NCBI RefSeq assembly: GCF_028641065.1
Contig: NC_073385.1
Location: 54,002,001-54,066,000 of the forward strand
Direction of reading: 5' to 3'
From: Leucoraja erinacea
Lineage: Eukaryota
DNA: 64,000 nucleotides
Positions within the stretch are counted from its first letter, which is position 1, and the number at the start of each line of letters is the position of its first letter. The notes below the pieces were generated by a model. The model worked only from the letters and a program-made list of their open reading frames with translations. It was not told the origin of the DNA and did not search any database. A program made the position numbers and the translations under genes. Positions 25,545 to 38,437 of the stretch are shown here, in pieces.

Positions 25545-26080
25545 AACAAAGAAAACGGGTGCAGTATGAGGCCATTCGGCCTTTCGAGCCTGCACCGCCA
25601 TTCATTGTGATCATGGCTGATCGACCCGTGCCTGCCTTCTCCCCATATCCCTTGATTCCACTAGCCCCAAGAGCTCTATCTAACTCTCTCTTAAATACAT
25701 CCAGTGACTTGGCCTCCACTGCACTCTGTGGAATGGAATTCCACAAATTTACAACTCTCTGGGTGAAAAAGTTTTTTCTCATCTCAGTCTTAAACGACCT
25801 CCCCTTTATTCTAAGACTGTGGCCCCTGGTTCTGGACTCGCCCAACATTGCAAACATTTTTCTGCATCTAGCTTGTCCAGTCCTTTTATAATTTTATATG
25901 TTTCCATAAGATACCCCCTCATCCTTCTAAACTGCAGTGAATCCAAGCCTAGTCTTTTCAATCTTTCCTCGTATGACAGTTCCGCCATCACAGGGATCCT
26001 ACGGTGCACTCCTCAATCACAAGGATGCCCTTCCTCAAATTAGGAGACCAAAACTGTACACAATACTCCAGATGTGGCCT
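25545..26080 (-). mobile_element. CR1 LINE 3' end
   Basis: LSYEERLKRLGL..RTRGHSL..FFTQRVVNLWNS..FKRELD on the minus strand. Confidence 0.85.
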
Positions 26081-26355
26081 TTTTCAACGGCAGAAGAATG
26101 ATTGTCGTACAGGTGTCAGAGCTTATGGGAGAAGGCAGGACAATGGGGTTAGGAGGGAGAGATAGATCAGCCATGATTGAATGTCCGTGTAGACAAGATG
26201 GGCCGAATGGCTTTATTCTTATCTTATGATCTTATGATAATGCATTGCTGAATCGGGTAATTTAAGTGAAAATTTAAAAAAAAAACTGAGGATGCTGGAA
26301 TTGGAAATATACTGGAAGTGCCAAGCACGTTGGTCAGTGCCTGTGAATAGAGTAA

Positions 26356-26965
26356 AGTCCCTGTCCCACTTGCGTCTCCTTGGCACGCAAATTACGTGAG
26401 CTTGTTGAGGCGCACGGGCATAGTGTGGCCGCGCAGGGCCAGTTCCACTGAGAAGCGCGGAGGGGTACGGAGTTGTGTGCGGTATCGCACGGCGTTCCAA
26501 AATTTTGTAGCGAACGAAATCTTTGCGCGCCACCAGCCTGTTGTGTAACTGGCGGCCAAAGTGGGACAGGCCCAAGACCTTGGCACGAAGCAACGTCTCA
26601 CCTCCAACAGCAGCAGAAGCAGGCAAACGATCGTCGAATTCAGCCTGGGGCTCATGGCCGTTGCGGATCCGGTCCGCCCCCACTCCTACTCCCAGAGCGG
26701 GACCTAGAAAATTGAAGACTGATACAAAATGCTGGAGTAACTCAGCGGGACCGGCAGCATCTCTGAAGAAAAGGAATGGATGATGTTTCGGGTCAGACTT
26801 TTCAGACTGAAGAAGAGTCTTGACCCGAAACAACATCCATTCCTTCTCTCCAAATGACATCACGCGCTCCAGATGCATGAAGTCGCGCGCGCGACCTTCG
26901 CGCCTCAACGCGACCACGAGGTTGCGTAATTAGCGTGCCAAGGACACGCAAGTGGGATAGGGGCT
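26356..26965. mobile_element. MITE with ~45 bp TIRs (PIF/Harbinger-like) with nested insertions
   Basis: AG(T/C)CCCT(G/A)TCCCACTTGCGT(C/G)TCCTTGGCACGC(A/T)AATTACG inverted at both ends; TAA/TTA flanks; a related end AAGTGGGACAGGCCC occurs near 10450 and 26560. Confidence 0.7.
26718..26855. mobile_element. Fold-back pLTR with back-to-back hammerhead motifs, nested in the MITE
   Basis: GTTTCGGGTC..TTCAG-A-CTGAAGAAGAGTCTTGACCCGAAAC with inverted arms. Confidence 0.75.
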
Positions 26966-28082
26966 TTAATGATTTCAGGCTTTCTTCTCCTCCTTCAAAA
27001 GTACAAATTCAGCCACAATTGATTGAATTACAAATCATTTACACTGCAAGAGATTAGCAGAGGGGCAGAACACATTGTTGAAAGGTTCGTTCATAGCCTC
27101 CTTAAAAGCTGTAATGTGTCCATCAACCTGCAGGAATCTCTGATTCTTGACTCGTGAAGGAGCATTTAGTGTTGGATTGATAAACTTTTAGTCTTTTCGT
27201 GGGAAGTGCAAAGAAGTCAGTGTAAATGACAGAAAGAGCATAAGGTATGTGCCTGCCTCATCAATCACCTAGTGCTCCACTTGAGTTTGTAGGTCTTGGG
27301 TTTGTGCCAGCAACCACCTCAGAATCAACTATCATGTGTTGGGGACAAGTCATTCTCGACCTTGTGATAAATGGATGGAGGGAGAGGAATTCAGAAAAAA
27401 ATATGATCTCAACAATGGAGCTTTGTTTCCAGTATTACAAAAAGTGTTCGAAATAGTGGATTAATGTTATTATCAATAGATGCTGATTCAGTTCCCTCGT
27501 GCATTAAACATTAAAGGAGATTTTTCTGCACTAATGACTTGGGCATTCAAAATGCTTTAAACTATGTTCGAACAACTTAGGCATTATTTCCAATTGTCAG
27601 TATTTTTTTTATATGCTCACTAAGTGCCAGAGTGAAAATACCCACTTGCATTACCAGTGTCTGGCCCATTGCATTATATGGTGCCACACTCAAAGTTTAA
27701 TTAACAAAGTAAAATGTTGCAGGTAGGAACAATTAGAGGACAAAAGCATCCAATGCTGGAAACATTCAACAGCAGATAAGCCAGCATTTGGAGAGGGATG
27801 CAGAATTCATATTTCAGATTGAAACTTTTCATCAGAACAATTTTGACAGATGTTTTTAACTGACTGGGAATGTATTGACTTGGAGCATGACAAAGGAGGC
27901 TGTATGTAAAATATAGTTGGTGAACATCAGTGTGAGGCTGAAATCTTCACGGGACTGCATTTTGTGAATTGCAGAAAACAACATGAATACAACACAAATT
28001 ATCATATATATTTACCCATCACGCTATTGAATCAGATATGTATAAATGGCAAATGCCATTGACATGGAATAATGTGAATGTC

Positions 28083-28335
28083 AGTGGTGCAGCGGTAGAG
28101 TTGCTGCCTTCCAGGTTCGATCCTAATTACAGGTGCTGTCTGCGTGGAGTTTGTACGTTCTCCCTGTGACGTGTGGGCTTTCTACAAGATCTTCTGTTTC
28201 CTCCCACACTCCAAAGACGAACAGGTTAATGTAAATTGTCCCTAGTGTGTGTAGGATTGTGTAAATGTGCAGGGATCACTGGTCGGTGTGGACTCGGTGG
28301 GCCGAAGGGCCTGTTTCCGTGATGTATCTTTAAAC
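28083..28335 (+). mobile_element. HE1-type V-SINE
   Basis: GGTGCAGCGGTAGAGTTGCTGCC, GGTTCGATCC, GGGCCGAAGGGCCTGTTTCC. Confidence 0.8.
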
Positions 28336-28752
28336 TTTTTTTTTTAATTGCTCTCGTTGATGCATTTAATGCATCATCTCGTCTTCAACACATTTTCATT
28401 CCTACCCATGATCTTTCAGTCGTGGGCCACCTCTATTGCCAGACTGAGGGCACATGCAATCTGAAGGGCCAGGAACTCTTATGTAGAAAGGAACTGCACC
28501 TTCGTGTGCATGTGACGTATAAATTTGCCATTGACTTTGACTGCAGATGCTGGTATATACCAAAGATAGACACAACATGCTAGAGTAACCCAGTGGGTCA
28601 GGAAGCATCTCTGGACGAAGTTTATTCATGCCCACCAGTCTCCTGTCCTCTTCCTTCTGAACCCTGATGCCTTCCACTATGATGCCCTGCTCTCTTCCTC
28701 CCCATCCCCTGACACTTCCTCATCTGATCTGCAGCTCTCACCAAAGGGACTT

Positions 28753-28783
<31 letters not shown>
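28753..28783. repeat. (GATA)n microsatellite
   Basis: Seven to eight perfect units. Confidence 0.95.
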
Positions 28784-29088
28784 CCTTTATTGTCATTATG
28801 CATCAGGCTGCTGGTCTCTGCATTTTGTTGGTTGAACTTAAGGACTGAGCAAACTCTTTGAATATTTTTAGGCATAGGTCGACAAATTGTTGATAATCCG
28901 GGAACATGCAGCCGGTAAGCCAGCATCTGGAGAGGGAAACATAGAATTCACATTCACATGATAGCTGAACTCTTAGGAAGAATCAAGAGGATATTGTCTT
29001 TCCGTATCATACCTTATACTGGTAGCTCACTGTTACATCTGTGAACTGTCCAGAATGAGTTCCATGTACTGTTAACTCACTCGGAGGC

Positions 29089-30563
29089 CGAATTTTATGT
29101 ATTATTACTGGGCAGTGCATATTAAGAATATGATTTATTGGTTGGATAGTTCTACACAACAGACAGAATGGATAAAAATGGAGAAGGAGGATTGTCATCC
29201 TTGTAATATAGGAACGATCCTCTTTTCCCCAAAAAAACTGAATAACACAATATATAAGAAGAACCCAATTATATATGGTACAATAAGAATTTGGAAACAA
29301 ATAAAATTATCTTTAAAATTAAGAAATCTATCACTGTTAATGCCAATTGCGAATAACCCTTTATTTAAACCATCTCTTATTGATAAGACATATAACCAAT
29401 GGGAAAGTCTCGGAATTAGAAGGATCAGGGATATGTACGAAATGGGAAACCTACTATCATTCCAACAACTACAATTAAAATTTAAATTGAAAAACAACCA
29501 ATATTTTAAATATCTTCAGATTTGCGACTTTGTGAAAAAATATATACAAGGATATCAAAAAGTAACTCCTGACTTATTGGAAGAAGTAATGAATATTGAA
29601 GCTGACTCACAAAAATTAATATCCTATTTATATAATAGTATTCTAAATATAGACCTACCATCGACAGAGGTACTTAGAGAAGAGTGGGAACGGGAATTAA
29701 TGATAAAAATTATGAAGGTTAAATGGGAAAAATACCTGATATATATTCACAAATGTTCAATTAATGTAAGACATAATCTAATTCAATTTAAAATTGTACA
29801 TAGATTATATTATTCAAAAACAAGATTGAACAAATTTTATCCAAATATATCCGCCACTTGTGATAAATGTCTAGCCCAAAAGGCAACTATAACACACTCC
29901 TTAGTTTCCTGCATAAAACTTTATAGATTTTGGAATGATATTTTTGAAATACTTACAAAATTATTCAAGACAAGAATGGAACCTAATACTGAAATGATTA
30001 TATTTGGTGTAATGGAAGATGGGAATAAATTGAACACATCTCAAAATCTATTCCTTAACTATGGTTTAATAATAGCAAAAAAATTAATACTTAAATTTTG
30101 GAAGGGTACATCAATACCAACGCTTAAAATGTAGATTGCAAGTATGTTGGACACCGCTCATCTTGAGGAAATGCGATTCCTCCTAATGGATAAATCAGAC
30201 CAATTCATAACGAGTTGGTCTCCATTCGTCGTTTTTTTGGAATCATATGGTGCAACACAATTGTAAAAAATAACTGTTTCAGGACTGGACGAGGGTTGGT
30301 CAAGATTATAAATAATGATCTCCTTTTCTTTTCACTATTTTCTCTCTCAACTTTCTTCGTTTACTCGTTTTCTTTCTTCACACACTATATATTTCACATC
30401 TTTCTATCCTTTACTATCTAACTTTTTCTTATTCTCATCTTTTTTCAATGTAACAAAAAAAAAAGAAGTTGTACATAAAATGTATTATGAAAATATATAT
30501 TAGGCACTTTGGTGCCATATGACTGTGCTTACTTCTAATAAAATATTAAAAAAAAAAAAAAAA
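29089..30563 (+). mobile_element. L1-clade LINE, 5'-truncated, ORF2 C-terminus, poly(A) and TSD
   Basis: 345 aa ORF with CCHC knuckle CDKC..HSLVSC; a single TAG at 30132-30134, frame continues to 30266; poly(A); 15 bp TSD AACTCACTCGGAGGC at 29074-29088 and 30564-30578, at a TT|AA site. Confidence 0.93.
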
Positions 30564-30694
30564 AACTCACTCGGAGGCATTGTTCAGGGCCACAGACCTT
30601 CATCCAAAGCTGTCCATGGAAATCCAATTAAATCCCACTGTCTCATTAGTAAATTAGGTTTGGAGGGAGGGTAACGTCATGAGGAAAATATTAT

Positions 30695-30945
30695 GACTGC
30701 AGTTGCTGCCTTGCGGTGCCAGAGACCTGGGTTTGATCCTGGCTATGGGTGCTGTCTGTACAGAGTTTTCCCCGGGTGCTCTGGTTTCCTCTCGCACTCA
30801 AAAGACTTACAGGTGTATAAGTTCATTGGCTTTTGTATAATGTCAATTTTCCTAGTATTTAGGATAGTGCTAGTGTGCAGGGTGATCACTGATCAGTACG
30901 GTCACAGTGGCTGAAGGGCCTGTTTCCACGCTGTATCTCTAAAGT
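30695..30945 (+). mobile_element. HE1-type V-SINE
   Basis: Family head and GGGCCTGTTTCCACGCTGTATCTCTAAA tail. Confidence 0.75.
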
Positions 30946-33424
30946 AAAACCACAGCAAAACTACTTTACAAATTAGGCCAGAGTGAACATGTAACATCTT
31001 GACTCTCATTAAATGTTGAGTAGGCAGAGGTTCTGAGTGTGCCCTTTCTGAAGATCAGTTTTACCTTCGAACACAATCACAGTCAATGTTTGGGTGAGTC
31101 ATGTTGTGATTAGTCAGACACTTCCATCTTTCAACCAAGGTTTCATGTACTTCCAATTGAATATTAATTTTTTATCATGTTACCACATTAGGCCTTGGTG
31201 TTCTTTTTATTGAATTTTATATCGGTTTACTCCCACACCACATATTCTTTGGGAACAGTTGTTTGAGTTTAAGTTATTTTGAGTTTTAAAAGTTTTTAGA
31301 TATTTTTCTTTTTGCATTTCTGAAGTGCTAATAATTGAAAAAGAAAAGGCAAACAAATAAATGGCATATCTTTATAAATAGAGATGGCTCATTTCTGGGA
31401 ATCCATTGGAAATTGGAATAGGGATAATTATAATGGAAGTATTAAACTGGCAAAATGTTTTTTATCTGAAATTTATGGCCAGCCTTCAAAGCCTTAAACC
31501 TGTCTTTGAAACTGTACACAAGGCACTGATGCAAGTACTCAATTTTTAGGTTTCGCTGTGATTCTCCTTGGAAGAAATCCATGGGTGTAGTGTTTATAAG
31601 CATACTGTCATCTGCACCGACTTCTAATTCATCACTGATCCTGTGGCTAGTGCCAGTACCATATCCTCTAATAAATTGAGGCTTTGGTTTTGGAAGGGTT
31701 TCTTCTAATTTACTGCTGTATGTATTAGTTGTGCCTGCAAGGCAAGGGGAAAATGGTCAGTAATAGAGTATGTTTCAGTCTGTGCAATGAAAATAGCTGC
31801 GGGATTGTAAGTGAGTGGTGAAATATGCAAGTGCTGTGGTGAGTGTTTGTGTTTGAGTTCAGTTTATTGTTACGTGTACCGATGGTATGGAGAAAAAGTT
31901 TTTTTGCGTGCTAACTCGTCAGCAAAGAGACAATGCATAATTACAATCGAGCCATCCACAGTGTACAGATTAGAGATTTAAAAGAGTGGAGCGATTATAA
32001 TGCGTGATTGCAGATCCACTTCCGTGGCTAGCACACACACAGTCGCCTGGGTTGTGCGCCATCTTAGAGATTCTGTGTATGAATGTAATGGTGTTCCTGA
32101 TGCCACACACTGCTCTGCAATAAAAGAGGAGAGTGTTATACAATGTGTTCTCCTGATGGACCAGTGAAAACCTCTCAACCTTCAGTGCAGTGCCATTATA
32201 GTGCAACCTTGTATGAACAATGCAATTTCCAGGCCCCTTCTTGTGTCTTGAAGAGCAGTAACCAGTAATCTGTCTGAAGAAGGCTCCCGATGAGAAAAAT
32301 AATCCATCTATTTTCCTCCATAAATGCTGTCTGAACTGCTGAATTACTCCAGCAATTTATTTATTTATTTTTAAATTCTTAATTTTTATTTTTTTAACTT
32401 AGTAACCAGGGGGACTTTGATACAAGCCAACAATCAAAAGAATTGGAGATATGAGCTTACGATATTTTGTTTCCCATATGCTGCTTTCCTTGGAAAGTGT
32501 GTTAGAAATAAAACCAATTCATTTTTAAGAGGGATCCAGATGAATTCTTGAAGGGCAACATTTTTTACCAGGCTGCAGAGGGGTTATTTGAGGGGGATTG
32601 TTCCTATGCAAAGCTTGGTTGTCATTCAATGCAGAAAACAAAATTGATTTCCATTTGCAACATGTGGAAAAGGTCAATTGCACTTTCAGGCAGAGTGCTT
32701 TAAAACAACCAATTTGATGAACGGAAATGAAGGCATATTGAATAACAACAGCTGACAAATAGGGACTGTGCAGCCATTAAAACAAAAGCAATTTGGAAAT
32801 GGGAACAAGAACCCATTTCAATTATTGTAATGATGTTCCAAAATTCTGATGTTCCAAAATTCTCTTAAATTGGGAACTATTTGTTCATTTTACCTTCCAT
32901 TTCACTATTGAAGAGAGTTGATGGTAGGAAACTAGGGAATCGTAGGCCAGTTTAACATCTGTTGTCAGATATCATAAGAGGGTATTGTTAAGGAATGTGT
33001 ATCGGATCAGCTTGACATTATGCAGCAAGCGGCAACGTAGTTTGAAAATGGTGGGTTTCTATCTGCCAAATCTGAATTTATTTGAGCAGATGTCTAAAGT
33101 AACAGACACAAGAAATCCATACGCGTTATGCATATGGACCAACAGAAGGCATTGAACATTATCCCCATAGTGTTGGCTAAAGTCATGAAATTGAAGGAAA
33201 ATTACTGCCACGATTAGCAAATTGGAAAATTGGCAGGTACTCGAATAGGCAGGATGTGATAGTAGTGTACTCCAAGGATCTGTACATTTATAGAAAAGAC
33301 ACATGGTAGGTACCAAATTCTGGAGTAACTCAGCGGGACAGTCAGCATCTCTGGAGGGAAGGAATGGGCGACGTTTTGGGTCAAGACGCTTCTTCAGACT
33401 GATCTGCTGTTCTCTATAATACAT

Positions 33425-34308
33425 TTTGGCCGCTCCACTGCGAAATCTCCTCGATTTGCAAATCTCCTAGACTGGCAACTGGGAGGAAGTGGACCCCAGC
33501 GGAGGCTGTACAGCAAGCCAAATCTGCTCTCTGGCATGGAGACATTGTAGGAAAGGGCAGCAGGGAAGAGGTGGAATTGGACGGGACAAGTCGGCCCTCA
33601 TAGCACAAGGCAACATCCACCCAGAGAAGAAAGCTGTTTGTTGCTGAGGTCTGTCAGCAAGAGGAGGCAGAGAGATGTGCAAAGGCAGTCTCACAGTCCA
33701 AACGGGGCAAGTGGACTACCTGGGAAAACATGGAGCATCGTAAGCTTACCTGGAAGGATCTGTGGGAGATGGAAGGAAGCCGTCTTAGCTTCATCATCAG
33801 AGCCGCCCACGATGTTCTTCCCACACCCAAGAACCTAAACCAGTGGTTTGCAGAAGATCCATCATGTTCTCTCTGCCAAACCCCAGCAACATTAAGGCAC
33901 ATCGTCACCGGCTGCAAAACCGCTTTCGCAAGGCCGCTACACCTGGAGGCACAATCAGGTCCTGCGACAACTGCCGATTACCTTGGAAGGAAGGAGAACT
34001 ACCACCAATGCCCTCCCTCCCCAATGCCTGGTTTCTCGAACACCACCTCTTTTGTAAAGGCAGGACAACTTCCAGAGAAGTCACTTGCGAGAAAGAAACC
34101 GACCCTCCTGGACACTACCCGGGACTGGAAAATACAGGCTGATATAGACCAGAAGCTCATCTTTCTACCAGAGATCATCACAACTAATCTCAGGCCGGAC
34201 CTGATCTTGTGGTGAACCTCACAGAAGTCCCTGTACATCATGGAGTTAACTGTGCCTTGGGATGCTGCAGTTGGTGAAGCGTATGAACGCAAATGTCTGA
34301 AGTATTAA
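33425..34308 (+). mobile_element. Hero-like non-LTR retrotransposon fragment (restriction-like endonuclease), frameshifted
   Basis: LSFIIRAAHDVLPTPKNL..CSLC..HIVTGC zinc knuckle, GRYTWRHNQVL in another frame, RPDLILW..ELTVPW..EAYERK; ends at a (GA)n tract, 34309-34328. Confidence 0.8.
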
Positions 34309-35984
34309 GAGAGAGAGAGAGAGAGAGATTCCATATCCCACAATACTGATTACTTTAGCACTGGCTCAATTTTAAGCAGCATGGATTGAAGAATAAATTG
34401 CAAAGGTATATTAATCGATTAAGTGAATTGTTAAAAACAATTGTAAGTGGATTTCAATGTAGATAAGTGTGAGGTCATCCACATTCGACTTAAATAATGT
34501 TGAACTGAGCAATTTCTTAATAGTAAGATGCTTAGGGTAGTGAAGATCTAATGATGCCTAAGGTACATAAATCATTTAAGTTATAAATGGGTATAGAAAA
34601 TAAGCAAGGAGCAGAAAGGAGTGCTAACTTTCTGCTTTGGAGGATAGTGCCAACTGGTACAGGTCCACCAGACCATCAGAGGTTATGGCCTCCATGAGGA
34701 GACCAACTGCACCAGAAAGATCCTCCTCTGCCGCCGAGATACCGGCCCACAAAGTCGACTATGGGAATGGATCTGCTCCCTTCAGCTATACCAGTCCCAG
34801 CTGCAGGCGGCAAATTCGAGCCGTCAATTGGCCGTAGAAGTTGGCTATGGCAATGGATCTGCTGGAGTTCCAGACCCCTGGCTGGAGGAGGCAAATTTGA
34901 TCCATTTATTTAGTGTGGCATTCCCAATGAGGTCGAGATCCACCACCTTACCCAGCCTGGGCTTCTGGGGGTGGCAGGGGTGGGGGTGGATTTCAAGTGT
35001 GCTCTCGTTATTTTGTCTGGATTAGAGGAGGTACCGGATCACCAGTTGCCAGAAAATTGTTGGTGGACCTATACAAGAAATCTGTATACAACTTGTAAAT
35101 CCATCCAGGACATCAAGAGGGATTCCTAGAACAATCTCGGCTCCCTGGGATATCCACATAGATTGCTGAGGATTGTGACAATTCTCGCAGGCTACAAAGT
35201 GAAGTTGGGCAATATCACTAGCAACAATGAATCCCTACTCAACAAGCTTAATGCATTCTTTGCTCTCTTTGAAAGGAAGGGCGGTGGAATGATGTCTCCC
35301 ACCCTGACGGTCTCAGGAGCACCTGATCAGATTAACCATCCTGAGAGTGAATCCACGGAAATCAACTGGCCCGGTTGGAGCCCCCTGCTGTGTCATCTGA
35401 TCACACCATATCTAACCTGGTGCAGATGTTTCAAATGTGCTCAGGAACTGCTGAAACTTCTCATAAGGTCCAGAGAGTCAAGAATGTTTTATTGCCAGGA
35501 ATGGAACAATTCCATTCCTACTTTCTGCAGCCTTTTAGGCACATGAATGCAACGAATAAGTATAAAATATACAATGTAATAAATTATATTGTGGTAATGT
35601 ACAATGTGGTAATGACACACCATAATAGTGTAAGCTGAAGTATGTAGTGCAACAGCAGTTTGTTACTGAGGTCGAGTTATGCTTGGGGTTCTGCAGGGAG
35701 GTTCAAGAGCCTGATGGTAGATGGGAAGAAACTATTCTTGAACCTGGAGGTAATGGATCCTGTATCACCTTCCTGAGAGAAGAGAAGAGAGCATTGCCCA
35801 GGTGGTGTGAGTTTAGTTTAGAGATATATCAAGAAACCAGGGCCCTTCGGCCCACCGAATCCGCGCCGACCAGTGAACCCCACACACTAACGCTTTCCTA
35901 CACACAATTGGGACAATTTTACAATAACACCAAGCCAATTAACCTACAAACCTGTACGGAGTGTGCTAGAGAACTGGAGAACTG

Positions 35985-36590
35985 GAGAGTAAAACCAAGG
36001 AGCTGATTGCTGACGTTAGAACAGCAAGAACGAGAATCCACAAACATTCATTGACAGGTCGGTGGTGGAGAGAGCCAACAACATCAAGTTCCTGGGCGTG
36101 CCTATCTCTGAAAGCAGAGTAGAATCCAACACCAAACTGACCAATCAATTCGGAGGTGGTTTGATCTTCAGTTTGCATCTCCGTTAGCTTATTTAAGAAT
36201 TCACTTGTTCCAGATTTTGCTATTGTACCCAGGTTTTTAATCAGGTCCACTTTAGTCATGCCAATGCCTGTATCTGTGACATGAAGCATGTTCTTCTGAA
36301 GGTCTGTCCTGGACCCAGCTCAATTGATTCGATTAGAAAGAATGCCCATCAATTCCTATACTTTCTAAGGAGATTTGGTATTTAGATAAATACTCTCTTG
36401 AGCTTCTACAAATGTGCAGTAGAGAGCATATTGACTGGTTGCATCATGACCTGATTCGGCAACTTAAACGCCCAAGAACGAAGAACATTATGAAAATGGT
36501 GAACGCAGTCTGGTACTAAACACGGTCTGAACAATCATCGCAGGTACCAACCTCCCCACCATCATAGGGATCTATAGGAAGCGCAGGCTC
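35985..36590 (+). mobile_element. Rex1/Babar-type LINE fragment, degenerate, host of the HSP90B1 insert
   Basis: [21 protein letters not shown] left of the insert, and LSWTQ..LYFLRR..VESILTGCI to its right. Confidence 0.7.
36110..36296 (-). pseudogene. HSP90B1: Endoplasmin/GRP94 (HSP90B1) coding fragment, ~62 codons of the ATPase domain
   Basis: [62 protein letters not shown]; SGTSEFLNK and the inserted loop before SELIGQFG are GRP94-specific; no GT donor after it and no other HSP90 exons seen in the window. Confidence 0.9.
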
Positions 36591-36599
36591 AAAAAGGCT

Positions 36600-36745
36600 G
36601 TGGCATAGCGGCGCAGCGGTAAAGCTGCTTAAAGTGCCGGAGACCCAGGTTCGATTCTGACTACAGGTGCTATCTGGATGGAGTTGTACATTCTCCCCAT
36701 GACCATGTGAGTTTTCTCTGGGTGTTCTAGTTTCCTTCCACACTC
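36600..36745 (+). mobile_element. HE1-type SINE, 5' half
   Basis: GGCGCAGCGGTAAAGCTGC..GGTTCGATTC..V-domain. Confidence 0.7.
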
Positions 36746-37069
36746 CAGAGTGTGGAAAAGTAGAATGATAGTGATAAAATAAGTGCAACAACAAATATCT
36801 TTTAAGCCTGAGCAAAACTGAAATCAGTGCAGAGTTAATCAGGTGGCCAACATTGCAGTCATTGCCTGGAGTCATATGTATCACTTAGCAAAATTACCAT
36901 GGCCAGAAACAAAATGCTGGAATAACTCAACGGGTCAGGCAGTATCTCTGGAGAAAAGGAATGCTTGGCCCACTGAGTTCATACTGATCAGCGATCCCCA
37001 TATACGAGCAATATCCTACACAATTTACATATTTTTTACCAAAGCCAATTCCTCTCCTGATACACTTCT

Positions 37070-37400
37070 ATAAGATCACCCCTCATCATCCTCCACTCCT
37101 AGGAATAAAATCCTAGCCTACTCAACTTCTCCCTATTGCTCAGCTCCATGAGTAATGGCAACATCCTCATGAATCTTCTTCGCACCCTTTCCAGGGTTAA
37201 CAACATCTTTCCCATAACAGTGACCAAAATTAAATACAATACTATAAATGTAGCCTCACCGATGTCTTGTACATGACCTCTGTAACATGACCATAACTGT
37301 AACATGAGCTCCCAACTTCAATACTCAATGCTCTGATTGTTGAAAGCAAATGTGCTGAAAGCCTTGAAGACCACCCTACCTAATTGTGAGGCCACTTTCG
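37070..37400 (-). mobile_element. CR1 LINE fragment
   Basis: LERVRRRFMRMLP..LSRLGFYS on the minus strand. Confidence 0.7.
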
Positions 37401-37771
37401 AGGAAATCTACTGTACTTTAACAAATTGGATTATTTGGTGACATGTCCTGGAGAACATGTGTTCAGCACTTGTCTGAAGAAAGTTCTTGACCCAAAATGT
37501 TCCTTTTCTCCTGAGATGCTGCCTGCTCCGCTGAGTTATTTCAGCATTTTGTGTCTATCTTCAGTGTTCAACACTAAATCTAGTTGCTGCACCAGACCTA
37601 CTCTTCTAATAATATTGAACCTGGGTTGGTCTCTCGCTTGAAAGTAATGGTGGAGTGAGGGATATACTGCGCCTGACCATTTGTGGAAGAATCGATTAAA
37701 GTTGCAGTTGATGGCTCACAGTTTTATATGGATGGTTGTCATTGGAAGTGATCTATGGTAATTCCATTATA

Positions 37772-38044
37772 CTAGACCAAGTGCAGCATCACACACTAAC
37801 TACTAACTGGTTTTATAGTCCCTCCCCCCTGCTGCCAGCGGGGGCAGCAGAGAGAATGGAGAATTTTGTAAAATCATTAATATCTCTGTCATATTCCATC
37901 GACGGGAAAAATCCTCGGCACACATGGCGGAGGGGGGCTCTGAGCGTGGTGGCCAAAAATGACAGCCGTAGGTGGCAGCGTTCTCTCGGAAATCGCAGCA
38001 CAGATCACCAAAACCGGTCAAGAACAGAGTTTTAGTAATATAGA
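37772..38044 (-). mobile_element. Mini-Helitron, 273 bp, both termini, internally deleted
   Basis: Minus strand A|TCTATATTACTAAAAC...CACTTGGTCTAG|T; inserted between A and T with no TSD. Confidence 0.8.
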
Positions 38045-38437
38045 TAGATAACATGGTGTATTGCCACATGACACAATGGTGAGATCTCAGTTTGAAAGCA
38101 AGATTTTAGAAACATACAAAATAGGTACAGGAGTAGGCCATTCGGCCCTTTGAGCCAGCACCGCCATTCAATATGATCATCCAAAATCAGTACCCCATTT
38201 CAGCTTTCTCCCCATATCCCTTAATTCCCTTAGCCTTAAGGGCTAAATCTAACTTTCTCTTCAATGATAATGAGATGTTCATATACACCGATGAGCTGGC
38301 TTAGACTTGTTGCATTTGTAGGGTCTCCTACTGTGTCATTTGACTAAGTTCTATTCCCTATTGGTACTGTGAACTAAAGCAAAACATTTCCCACATCAAC
38401 AATGAATAAGGAACTATGTTATTTCCAATGTGGATAC

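Noticed and set aside
26219-26917. 232 aa ORF as a gene
   Set aside because: Crosses several unrelated nested repeats in GC-rich sequence; no recognisable domain.
35966-36289. Functional HSP90B1 exon
   Set aside because: A TTCAG precedes it on the minus strand, but no GT donor follows, the flanks are LINE sequence and no other exons are visible.
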